A stretch of DNA of 18,524 nucleotides. Source: Nitrospirota bacterium. Lineage in GTDB: Bacteria; Nitrospirota; JACRHJ01. Under the pieces are notes generated by a model. It was not told where the DNA came from. It made no database searches and was given only the letters and a program-made list of their open reading frames with translations. Shown here piece by piece: positions 1 through 9,369 of this stretch. Numbering within the stretch: the stretch's first letter is position 1; every line of letters starts with the position of its first letter. A program made the translations under genes and the position numbers. Location: NCBI GenBank assembly GCA_963845245.1, contig CAWJRJ010000006.1, positions 1 through 18,524 of the forward strand, read 5' to 3'.

Positions 1-1563
1 ATGCAAAGGCGGTGCTACTCATAGGCAACGACGCCGCCAGCGAGAACCCCATAACCGGCCTTGCAATAAAGAAGGCGGTAATAAAGAACGGCGCGAAGCT
101 CATCGTCGCGGACGCGGGCAAGAACTCGATGATGAAGCACGCCGCGCATACGCCTTCAGTACAAGCCGGGCAACACCTCCGCAATCATACAGGGCCTCAT
201 CAACGTAATATTCGAAGAAGGCCTCCAGAACAAAGACGTAGAGGCGCAGAACAAGGCCCTATTCGACAAGATAAAGGCGATTGCCGCGCCACACACCGCG
301 GAAAAGGTGGCGGAGAAGGCAGGCATATCGGCGGATAGCATAAAGGCCGCGCCAGGGAATTCGCTTCGGCTGCAGTCGGCGACTATAGTTTTCGGGCGCG
401 GCGTCACGGCCTGCGTGTGCGGATACAAGAACTCACTTGCCCTTACCGACCTCTCGCTCATAACCGGCAACGTCGGGAAATCCGGCGGGGGCGTCAACCC
501 GATGGCCGCAAAGGCAGGCGAGCAGGGGGCATGCGACATGGGCGCCCTGCCCGACAGGCTGCCCGGATACAGAAGGGTCTCGTCAGAAGAAGACAGGAAG
601 AGGCTTGGCTCGCTCTGGAAGACGGACCTGCCGCAGAAGCCGGGACTTACCGTTATCGAGATGGTACAGGCCGCGCATGCGGGAAAGATAAAGGGGATGT
701 ATGTGGTGGGCGCGGACCTTGCGTTCGACCTGCCCAACAAGGCAAGCGTTGTTGAAGCCCTTGGCAAGCTCGACCTGCTGGTCGTGCAGGACCTCTTCAT
801 GAGCGAGACGGCTGCGCTTGCCGACGTCGTCCTGCCTGCCGCGAGCTTCGCCGAGAAGGAAGGGACTTTCACCAACTCCGAGCGCAGGGTGCAGAGGATA
901 AGGCCGGTCATGAAGCTTGAGGGCGACTGCAGGCCGGACGGTGAGATAATAGCTGCTATATCCGCCAGGATGGGCCGTCCGATCGAATGGAACCCGTCCG
1001 TGGTCATGGACAAGATAACTGTATCCACACCGATATACGCAGGCATAACGTACGACCTGATAGCCGGTGGAGGTGTCCAGTGGCCTTACTACGAAGAGAT
1101 GAAGTCGGGCACCGCCATACTCCACTCAGAAGGTTATGACTCCAAGAGGGCGGCCAAGGAAGCGGACATCGCCGCAAAGGTCGTAACAGTCAACACATCC
1201 AAGGCTGGTGCGGAGGAAGGCTACAACTTTACAGCGGATATCACTACCAGCCTGTACCACTCCGGTACGACGACCAGAAGGACCCGCGGGCCCAACATGG
1301 TCGTGGGAAGCCCGTTTGCAGCGCTGAACCCGGCGGATGCGGCGGGGCTTGGAGCACAAGAGGGAAAGACTGTTACCGTGAGCTCGAAGAACGGGTCGGT
1401 GAAGCTGGCCGTGAAGATAGACTCCGGCGTCCCAAGGGGTGTTGTGCATATACCCAACCATTTCCTTGGCTCAGGCTGCAACATTTTCACTGACAGCATA
1501 CTCGACCCGGTTAACAAGGTACCGGCCGTCAGGTTCTGGCCGGTTGCATTGACGGTTGAATAG
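1..1563 (+). CDS. nuoG: NADH-quinone oxidoreductase subunit G-like protein (FdhF/molybdopterin-oxidoreductase fold), C-terminal part; 5' end outside the window; apparent frameshift near 147
   Basis: Frame 3 (AKAVLLIGND..GAKLIVAD) continues in frame 1 from ~148 (IRLQYKPGNTSAIIQGLINVIFEEGL) into the 307..1563 ORF. Family motifs present: QGACDMG, LVVQDLFMSETAALADVVLPAASFAEKEGTFTNSERRVQ and a C-terminal molybdopterin dinucleotide-binding domain (LNPADAAGLG..VTVSS..G). It sits directly upstream of nuoH. A compensating indel pair near 350-372 is also likely (AAAREFASAQS). Confidence 0.75.
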
Positions 1564-1583
1564 GCAAAGCGGGAGAAGCATAA

Positions 1584-2642
1584 TTGGAATTTTCTAGCCT
1601 GTTTTTCTATACGCTTTTTATATTGGTGGAAATAGCCATAGTGCTGGTATTCACCATGCTGAACGCGGCATACCTCACATATTACGAGCGCAAGGTGATG
1701 GCGCACATGCAGGCCAGGGTCGGCCCGATGCACACCGGTTACCACGGTCTGCTCCAGCCGCTGGCGGACGGCATCAAGCTCTTCTTCAAGGAAGACATCA
1801 TCCCGGCCCAGGCGGACAAGACGGTCTTTATGCTTGCCCCGCTGATGGCGCTTATACCGGCGCTTTCCGCATATGTCCTTGTCCCGTTCGGGCCGGAGGT
1901 GACGATCTTCGGCAGGCAGATTAACCTCTATATCACCGACATCAACATCGGCGTCCTTTACGTCCTGGCGCTTTCGTCGCTGGGCGCGTACGGCATAGTG
2001 ATGGCCGGGTGGGCATCCAACAGCAAGTACGCCCTGATGGGCGGGCTTAGGTCCGCGTCGCAGGTAATCAGCTACGAGATACCGATGGGGCTCTCCATCA
2101 TCGCGGTGCTGATGATGACCGGTTCGCTCTCTCTCGTCGATATAACCAAGAGCCAGGCGCATGTCTGGAACATCTTCTACCAGCCGGTCGCGTTCGTTAT
2201 ATACACCATCGCCGCAATCGCCGAAACCAACAGGGCGCCGTTCGACCTGCCGGAGGCCGAGAACGAGCTGGTCGCCGGGTTCCACGTAGAGTACTCAGGC
2301 ATGCGGTTCGCCTACTTCTTCATGGCGGAATACGGGAACATGCTGATGGTCTCCTGCATGGCCGTCGTGCTCTTCCTTGGCGGCTGGAACCCCATCATAC
2401 CGCGTCACTTGATTGAGATGATACCGCTGATGGGCCCGTACATGGGTTTCGTCGGAGATCCCGCCATCTGGTGGTTCATAATAAAGATATACGCCTTCTT
2501 CTTCCTGTTCCTCTGGGCAAGGGCTACGCTCCCGAGGCTGAGGTACGACCAGCTTATGGGTTTGGGCTGGAAGATATTGATCCCTGTCGCCCTGGGTAAT
2601 ATCCTTGTTACGGGCATCGTCAGAATTCTCTACCTGGGTTAA
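1584..2642 (+). CDS. nuoH: NADH-quinone oxidoreductase subunit H
   Basis: TTG start after GGGAG; motifs YYERKVMAHMQARVGP, GLLQPLADGIKLFFKED, AETNRAPFDLPEAENELVAGFHVEYSG, PRLRYDQLM. Confidence 0.97.
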   Translation: MEFSSLFFYTLFILVEIAIVLVFTMLNAAYLTYYERKVMAHMQARVGPMHTGYHGLLQPLADGIKLFFKEDIIPAQADKTVFMLAPLMALIPALSAYVLVPFGPEVTIFGRQINLYITDINIGVLYVLALSSLGAYGIVMAGWASNSKYALMGGLRSASQVISYEIPMGLSIIAVLMMTGSLSLVDITKSQAHVWNIFYQPVAFVIYTIAAIAETNRAPFDLPEAENELVAGFHVEYSGMRFAYFFMAEYGNMLMVSCMAVVLFLGGWNPIIPRHLIEMIPLMGPYMGFVGDPAIWWFIIKIYAFFFLFLWARATLPRLRYDQLMGLGWKILIPVALGNILVTGIVRILYLG

Positions 2643-2653
2643 GGAGCGCCAGT

Positions 2654-3121
2654 TTGAAGGGTCTTGTAAAATTCTTAAAATACATTTTTTTCTGGGAGAT
2701 ACTGAAGGGGCTCAGGCTCACCCTGAGCACCATGTTTGTAAAGCCTGTGACCAGGCTTTATCCCATGGAGAGGCCTGTTGTGCCGCCGGTTTACCGCGGC
2801 CTGCACGCCATGAGAAGGAACGGCGAGGGGGAACCACTATGCATAGCCTGCGGGCTTTGCGCGGCATACTGCCCTTCAAGATGCATAACCATCAAGACTT
2901 CCGAAGGCGCCGACCACAAGAAGTCGCTCGACAAGTACGAGATAGAGATACTTAAGTGCCTTTTCTGCGGTTACTGCGTGGAGGCCTGCCCGGTCAGGGC
3001 GCTTACCATGACCCAGGAGTACGAACTTTCCGAATACAAGAAGGAGAAGCTCCTATACACCATGCAGATGCTCCTCGCCAACGGGGATAAATACAAGGGG
3101 AAGGAGACGTTCTTAGACTGA
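2654..3121 (+). CDS. nuoI: NADH-quinone oxidoreductase subunit I (2x[4Fe-4S])
   Basis: TTG start after AAGGAG; two ferredoxin motifs, CIACGLCAAYCP and CLFCGYCVEACP; lies between nuoH and nuoJ. Confidence 0.95.
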   Translation: MKGLVKFLKYIFFWEILKGLRLTLSTMFVKPVTRLYPMERPVVPPVYRGLHAMRRNGEGEPLCIACGLCAAYCPSRCITIKTSEGADHKKSLDKYEIEILKCLFCGYCVEACPVRALTMTQEYELSEYKKEKLLYTMQMLLANGDKYKGKETFLD

Positions 3122-3637
3122 TGGAAATAACCCAGGTCGGTTTTATATATTTTGCGTCGGTTATCGTCTTCTGCGCCATCATGGTCGTGACGCGCAGGAG
3201 CCCGGTCCATAGCGCGCTCTTCATGCTCCCGCTCTTCTTCCACGTCGCGGGGATATTCATCATGCTGGACGCCGAGTTCGTGGCGGCGATACAGGTGCTG
3301 GTCTACGCGGGCGCCATCATGGTCCTGTTCCTTTTCGTCATAATGCTGTTCAACGCCCACAACATAAGGGAAAAGAAGTGCTTCCAGGCGGGCTGGCCCG
3401 TTACCGTGCCGTTTGTAATGGTACTCTGCGGTTTCTTCATGTCGATAATACTCAAGTCCGGGTTCAACGGGTACCAAGGGACAGTACACGATCGAGATGA
3501 TGAAGAGGCTCGGGAATTCCCAGGCTATCGGCAATGCCCTTTTCACGGATTTTCTGTTCCCGTTTGAGGTTGCGTCCATAATACTTCTTGTCGCCATGGT
3601 CGGTGCGATAGTCCTGGCGAAAAAGCATATAGACTAG
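3121..3637 (+). CDS. nuoJ: NADH-quinone oxidoreductase subunit J (apparent +1 frameshift near 3480)
   Basis: N-terminal part AEFVAAIQVLVYAGAIMVLFLFVIML; the shifted frame gives GNSQAIGNALFTDFLFPFEVASIILLVAMVGAIVLAKKHID, ending at TAG 3635-3637. Confidence 0.93.
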
Positions 3638-3645
3638 GGGGTTGC

Positions 3646-3950
3646 ATGGTTCCGCTTTCATGGTACATGGCGCTTAGCATAATGGTTTTCTCAATAGGGT
3701 CTGCTGGGCGTCCTTATCCGCAGGAACGTCATAGTCATCTTCCTCTGCATCGAGCTCATACTGAACTCGGTGAATATAGCGCTTGATAGGGTTCTCGCAT
3801 TACCTGAATTCAATCAGGGGGCAGGTTTTCGTGCTGTTTATAATGACGGTCGCCGCTGCCGAGGCCGCGATAGGCCTCGCAATAATAATCTCGGTTTACC
3901 GGAACAAGGAAACCCTGAACGCGTCAGATATAAACTTGATGAAGTGGTAG
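3646..3950 (+). CDS. nuoK: NADH-quinone oxidoreductase subunit K (two apparent frameshifts, near 3700 and 3785; not recovered as a single ORF in the track)
   Basis: ATG at 3646 gives [18 protein letters not shown]; then [27 protein letters not shown]; then [43 protein letters not shown], stop TAG 3948-3950. Confidence 0.92.
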
Positions 3951-3975
3951 CAGACCATTATAAAAAGGTTGGTGC

Positions 3976-5901
3976 ATGCTTAAATACTCTTTAATACCGT
4001 TTCTGCCGTTAAGCGCGTTCATAATCTCCGGCCTTCTGGGCCACTGGCTGAAGGAACGCGCACACTGGCCCTCGATAATCGCGGTGCTGGCATCGTTCGT
4101 GCTCGCCGTATCCACGCTCTTCGACGTGATGGGCGGGAAGACCGTCAACACGGTCCTCTACTCATGGATACTGTCCGGCACGTTCGACGTCCATATCGGG
4201 TTCAAGATCGACCAGCTCACCGCCGTGATGCTGATAGTCGTCACCACGGTAAGCTCTCTGGTGCACATCTATTCCACCGGCTACATGCACGGGGACAAGG
4301 GTTACCCGAGGTTCTTCGCGTACCTGTCGCTCTTCACGTTCTCGATGCTCATGCTGGTTATGGCGGACAACTTCCTCCAGCTCTACGTCTTCTGGGAGGC
4401 GGTCGGCCTTTGTTCCTACTTCCTTATCGGGTTCTGGTACGAGAAGAAGTCCGCGTCCGACGCAGGCAAGAAGGCCTTCGTCGTAAACAGGGTCGGCGAC
4501 TTCGGTTTCGGCCTCGGCGTCATGCTGATATTCATCAGCTTCGGCACGCTGAACTACGATGCGGTGTTCGCACAGGTCGCGGGCCAGGCCGGGCAGACGG
4601 TAAGCATACTTGGCAACACCTACAGCCTGTTCACGGTGATAGCGCTCCTGCTCTTTACCGGCGCGATGGGCAAGTCCGCCCAGCTTCCGCTCCATGTCTG
4701 GCTGCCGGACGCGATGGAAGGCCCGACCCCGGTCTCGGCCCTCATACATGCCGCGACGATGGTTACTGCCGGCGTATTCATGGTCGCAAGGTGTCACCCG
4801 ATATTCAACCAGTCCCAGACCGCGCTTGACGTCGTCACCTGGACCGGCGGTATAACCGCGATATTCGCGGCAACGATCGCGCTCACACAGTATCGATATC
4901 AAGAGGGTCATCGCCTACTCCACCATAAGCCAGCTTGGGTACATGTTCGTCGCATGCGGCGTGGGCGCATACGCGGCAGGCATATTCCACCTGATGACCC
5001 ACGCGTTCTTCAAGGGCCTTCTCTTCCTGGCCGCAGGCAGCGTCATCCATGCCCTTTCAGGGGAGCAGGACATGAGGAAGATGGGCGCGCTTCGCAAGAA
5101 GATACCATGGACATTTATTACGTTCCTGCTTGCATCCATATCGATTTCCGGCATACCGCCCTTTGCAGGCTTCTTCAGCAAGGACGAGATTCTCTGGAAG
5201 GCCTACACCGCAGGGTCTGCCGGACATGCCGTCTATTTTTTGCTTGCGCTTGCAGCCTTTATTACAGCCTTCTATTCGTTCAGGCTGATATTCATGACTT
5301 TCTACCAGGAGTCGAGGGTCGACCATGAGGTCGCGCACCACATACACGAATCACCCAAAAACATACTGGTACCCCTTGTTATTCTTGCAGTGCTCTCGGT
5401 AGTCGCCGGTTTTGTCGGCGTGCCTGAGGTGCTGCATGGCTCGAACAGCTTCCACGGCTTCATGTCCCATGTGTTCGGTGAAGGCCACGAAGTTGCTGTC
5501 GAGCCCGAGGGTCTTGAAATGGACCATGATGCTGGTTTCCATCCTTATCGGTGCTGGCGGTATCGGGACGGCCTGGTTCATGTACATCGTGAAGCCGGAC
5601 TGGCCCGGAAAGATCGCGACTGCGCTTTCGCCGGTGCACAAACTTCTGTACAACAAATATTATGTCGATGAGATATACAACTTCGTATTCGTGGATTCGG
5701 TCAAGTGGCTCTCCACGCACTTCTTCTGGAACATCGTCGATGTGCATATCATCGATGGCATCGTGAACGGTTCGGCCTCGCTTGTAAATTCCACTGAGCA
5801 GGGTGCTAAGGAGGCTCCAGACCGGGTATTACAACCACTACGCATTCGGCATGGCCTTCGGTGTGTTTGTCGTTGTCGGAATATATATCTTCGCAAGATA
5901 A
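3976..5901 (+). CDS. nuoL: NADH-quinone oxidoreductase subunit L (apparent frameshifts near 4893, 5520 and 5795)
   Basis: GKSAQLPLHVWLPDAMEGPTPVSALIHAATMVTAG; then DIKRVIAYSTISQLGYM and FHLMTHAFFKGLLFLAAGSVIH; then NKYYVDEIY..IDGIVNG; then LRRLQTGYYNHYAFGM, ending at TAA 5899-5901. Confidence 0.95.
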
Positions 5902-5910
5902 GGGGAAAAA

Positions 5911-7485
5911 GTGACCGGTTACATAATGAACAGCATGGGTTACCGGATTTTAAGCCTTGTGGCCTTCCTGCCGGTTTTCGGCGCGCTGGGCATACTGCTG
6001 CACGTCAAGAGAAGCGACAACCTGGCACGCTGGATGGCCCTTGCGACGACCGCGGTGACGTTCATCGTCTCCATACCGCTCCTTTTGAATTTCGATACCA
6101 CCACACACAACATGCAGTTTGTGGAAAACTACTCATGGATACCTTCATGGAATGTCCACTACACGGTAGGCGTCGACGGCATAAGCGTGCTGCTGGTGCT
6201 TCTTACCACGCTTCTTTCGCTCATCTGCGTCATATCCTCCTGGAATGCCATTCAGACGAAGGTCAAGGAGTACATGATCGCCCTACTCCTCCTTGAAACG
6301 GGCATGATCGGCGTCTTCATCGCGCTCGACCTCTTCCTGTTCTACATCTTCTGGGAGGCGATGCTCATCCCGATGTTCCTGCTGATAATCATCTGGGGCG
6401 GGCCAAGGAAGATGTACGCGGGCATAAAGTTCTTCCTCTACACCCTGGCGGGCAGCGTATTTATGCTGCTTGGCATCATCGCTCTCTACTACCAGGGCGG
6501 ACATACCTTCGAGATCGTGAAGCTCATGGGCCAGAACTACCCGCTGGAGTTCCAGTATTGGGTGTTCCTGGCATTCTTCGTAGCGTTCGCCATCAAGGTG
6601 CCGATGTTCCCGTTCCACACCTGGCTGCCTGACGCGCATGTCGAGGCGCCGACTGCGGGCAGCGTTATCCTTGCCGGCGTGCTCCTGAAGATGGGCACCT
6701 ACGGTTTCCTGCGTTTCAACCTTCCGATGTTCCCGGCCGCCACCATGCATTTTGCGCCGTACATCCTTATGCTTTCTGTCATGGGCATAATTTACGGCGC
6801 GCTAGTGGCGATGATACAGAAAGACCTTAAAAAGCTGATTGCATACTCGTCCGTAAGCCATATGGGTTTTGTAACGCTCGGTATCTTCGCCTTCAATACC
6901 CAGGGGCTCGAAGGCGGTATACTCCAGATGCTGAACCATGGTGTGACCACCGGCGCACTCTTCCTTTGCGTGGGTATAATATACGAACGGACCCACACCA
7001 GGATGATCGCCGACTACGGCGGTCTTACCAAGCGGCTTCCGATATATGCCGTCTTCTTCATGATATTTACCCTTTCATCGCTTGGCCTTCCCGGCATGAA
7101 CGGGTTTATCGGCGAGTTCCTGATACTACTTGGCGCGTTCACGTCCCAGCGCATCTATGCGGTCATCGGCACGACCGGTATAATACTCGGCGCCGCATAT
7201 ATGCTGTGGATGTACCAGAGGGTGATGTTCATGGAGCTTAAGCCAAAGAACGAATCGTTGCTTGACCTTAGCGCGCGCGAGGTTATAACGCTTCTGCCGC
7301 TTGCGGTGCTGGTCTTCTGGATCGGTGTATTCCCGAACCCGCTCCTGGGAGTTTTGCACGAGACCGTGAAACACCTGCTTATACAGGTAAACGGCCAGGC
7401 ACAATTCGCAGCATCCGCCGAACTGGTATTTGAACTTTTAGTCGGTCCACAAGGAGTCATAGATGCCCTCTTTTTCCCTGGATAA
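5911..7485 (+). CDS. nuoM: NADH-quinone oxidoreductase subunit M
   Basis: GTG start; motifs FYIFWEAMLIPM, AIKVPMFPFHTWLPDAHVEAPTAGSVILAGVLLKMGTYG, KKLIAYSSVSHMG. The ORF overlaps nuoN by 23 nt, so the true stop may be earlier (TAG near 7441) if there is an indel near 7425. Confidence 0.95.
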   Translation: MTGYIMNSMGYRILSLVAFLPVFGALGILLHVKRSDNLARWMALATTAVTFIVSIPLLLNFDTTTHNMQFVENYSWIPSWNVHYTVGVDGISVLLVLLTTLLSLICVISSWNAIQTKVKEYMIALLLLETGMIGVFIALDLFLFYIFWEAMLIPMFLLIIIWGGPRKMYAGIKFFLYTLAGSVFMLLGIIALYYQGGHTFEIVKLMGQNYPLEFQYWVFLAFFVAFAIKVPMFPFHTWLPDAHVEAPTAGSVILAGVLLKMGTYGFLRFNLPMFPAATMHFAPYILMLSVMGIIYGALVAMIQKDLKKLIAYSSVSHMGFVTLGIFAFNTQGLEGGILQMLNHGVTTGALFLCVGIIYERTHTRMIADYGGLTKRLPIYAVFFMIFTLSSLGLPGMNGFIGEFLILLGAFTSQRIYAVIGTTGIILGAAYMLWMYQRVMFMELKPKNESLLDLSAREVITLLPLAVLVFWIGVFPNPLLGVLHETVKHLLIQVNGQAQFAASAELVFELLVGPQGVIDALFFPG

Positions 7486-8909
7486 CCTCGTCTCCATAGT
7501 CCCGGAGTCGATTGTCCTCTGCCTCGCAATAGCGGTCCTGATGTTCGACCTCTTCACCCCCAAGGAGAAAAGGCACTACCTGGCCTACTTGTCCGTCGCG
7601 GGTCTTGTGGTCGCGGCATTCGAGACGTGGCAGTTGAGGGGCTTGAACATCACTACCTTCAGCGGGATGTTCGTCCTTGACGGCTTTTCCATATTCTTCA
7701 AGATGCTCTTCTATATCGTTGCCGCGCTTGCGATCCTCATCTCGATAAACTACCTCAAGAACGAGCAGTCGGAGAGAGGTGAGTACTACGGCCTGATCCT
7801 GTTCGCAACCTCAGGCATGATGATAATGGTTTCCGGCGCCGACCTGATTACCATTTACCTGGGCCTTGAGCTTATGGCCCTGTCGGTATACATACTTGCC
7901 GGGTTCCTGCGCGGTTCCATGAAGTCGAACGAGGCGGCATTGAAGTATTTTCTGCTGGGCGCCTTCTCCTCCGGCATACTGCTCTACGGCATAGCCCTTA
8001 TCTTCGGCATCACAGGCACGACAAACCTTCAGGGAGATAGCCGCCTTTATACAGACCGGCAACCTTAGCAAGCCAGTCCTTATACTCTCGATGATCTTGA
8101 TGACTGCCGGTTTCGGGTTCAAGATCGCGGCTGTCCCGTTCCATATGTGGGTGCCTGACGTATATGAGGGCGCGCCGACGTCGGTCACCGCGTTTATGTC
8201 AGTCGGGCCGAAGGCGGCTGCCTTCGCGGCATTCCTCAGGGTGTTCATGGTAGCCCTCCCTGGCATCCAGCCTGACTGGACGGTTATACTGTCCGCCCTT
8301 GCCATTCTGACGATGCTGATAGGCAATGTCGTGGCAATCTCGCAGACCAACATCAAGAGGATGCTTGCATATTCGAGTATCGCGCACGCAGGGTACGCCC
8401 TCGTCGGTTTTGTGACAGGTGGAGCGGCTGGCATGTCGAGCGTCATGTTGTACCTCCTGATCTACGTGTTCATGAACTTGGGCGCATTCGGTGTGGTAGT
8501 CATGCTGCGTAAGGGCGGGGTGGCCAGTGACAACATAGAGGACTTCGCGGGCCTTTCAAAGAACCACAAGTTTGCCGCCATGCTGATGCTCATATTCATG
8601 TTTTCGTTGGCCGGGATCCCGCCGACGGCAGGCTTCATAGGCAAGTTCTATATATTCATGGGCGCGCTTAATGCCGGTTTCCTCTGGCTCGCAATCATCA
8701 CAGTCATAATGAGCACCATCTCTGCATTCTTCTATCTGCGCGTGGTGATTATTATGTATATGAAGGACCCCTCCGGCGAGTACGAGCTTTCGGCCCCTTA
8801 TACGATCAAGTTTGCCCTTGCCGTCGCCGCTTTCTGCGTGCTTTACATAGGCATGAACCCCGGCGGTATAATCGAATATGCGATCAGTTCCGTGGCCGGA
8901 CTGGTATAA
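7463..8909 (+). CDS. nuoN: NADH-quinone oxidoreductase subunit N (apparent +1 frameshift near 8033)
   Basis: ATG after AAGGAG; LGLELMALSVYILAG..SNEAALKYFLLGAFSS; the shifted frame gives FKIAAVPFHMWVPDVYEGAPT, NIKRMLAYSSIAHAGY, SLAGIPPTAGFIGKF. Confidence 0.95.
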
Positions 8910-8990
8910 ATAATATAATCCTTAAAAAGCCTCCGTTTTTTCTGCATTAAAATGCCAGATTTTCATCCAATTCCCTGAAAAGCCGTATTC

Positions 8991-9018
8991 TTGACTTACT
9001 GCCGGATTTTGATATAAT
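8991..9018 (+). promoter_or_regulatory. Sigma70-type promoter with extended -10
   Basis: TTGACT (8991-8996), 16-nt spacer, TG at 9010-9011 and a perfect TATAAT (9013-9018), followed by an AT-rich start region. Confidence 0.7.
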
Positions 9019-9024
9019 ATTATT

Positions 9025-9362
9025 AAGAAAGTATGAGAGGAAACCCGTTATGGGGGTCGGAACAGCGCAAAACGCTGTCCGTCTCTTGCCTCCTTTCGAG
9101 GCGGGCAGTAGGAGAGCGTGAAGCTGACCCCCATAATTTAAGGAAATTGAGGACAGGGGGAAGAAAGAAGGCATTCAAGGAGGGAAGATAAGACCTTCAG
9201 GACTTGCCTCCATCCTCAAGAAAAAAAAGATACCGCGCCGTCCACGAGGGCTTAAGCCACCGCTCATCCGTCGGGTGCGTGAAACCACCTAATTAGACAG
9301 GAGAAATCCTGCACTGACGGATAGGGATACAGGGACGGCTAACGCGGTATCTTGCTTTTTTT
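9025..9362 (+). ncRNA. Candidate structured non-coding RNA of unknown family (~340 nt)
   Basis: Lies downstream of the strong promoter and has no convincing ORF. Three closed domains pair 9048-9060/9124-9136, 9147-9153/9213-9219 and 9227-9243/9333-9353. It ends in a T-tract at 9356-9362. The strand is inferred from the promoter. Confidence 0.5.
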
Positions 9363-9369
9363 GTGGTCC

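Noticed and set aside
156..8644. Long antisense and alternative-frame ORFs over the nuo genes (e.g. 156..1046, 1221..2285, 4162..4911)
   Set aside because: These are shadow ORFs expected from GC-rich codon usage; they have no recognisable motifs and overlap conserved genes.
3976..8909. A 2M-type complex I with a duplicated nuoM
   Set aside because: Once the frameshifts are repaired there is exactly one nuoL, one nuoM and one nuoN.
8910..8990. Intrinsic terminator for the nuo operon
   Set aside because: A T-run is present at 8936-8941, but no convincing GC-rich hairpin precedes it.
9050..9121. 23-aa ORF (MGVGTAQNAVRLLPPFEAGSRRA) after GAGG, as a leader peptide or type I toxin; also a ~52-aa ORF from 9033
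   Set aside because: It is not hydrophobic, has no amino-acid run typical of attenuators and no downstream gene to regulate, and it lies wholly within the RNA stems. Translation cannot be excluded but is unsupported.
9025..9362. Identification as RNase P RNA, tmRNA, SRP RNA, group II intron domain V, or a SAM, c-di-GMP, c-di-AMP or glycine riboswitch
   Set aside because: Only partial look-alikes are present (GAGGAAAC at 9037, GGGTGCGTGAAAC at 9273, GGCTAAC at 9337). The defining conserved cores and termini of these families are not seen.
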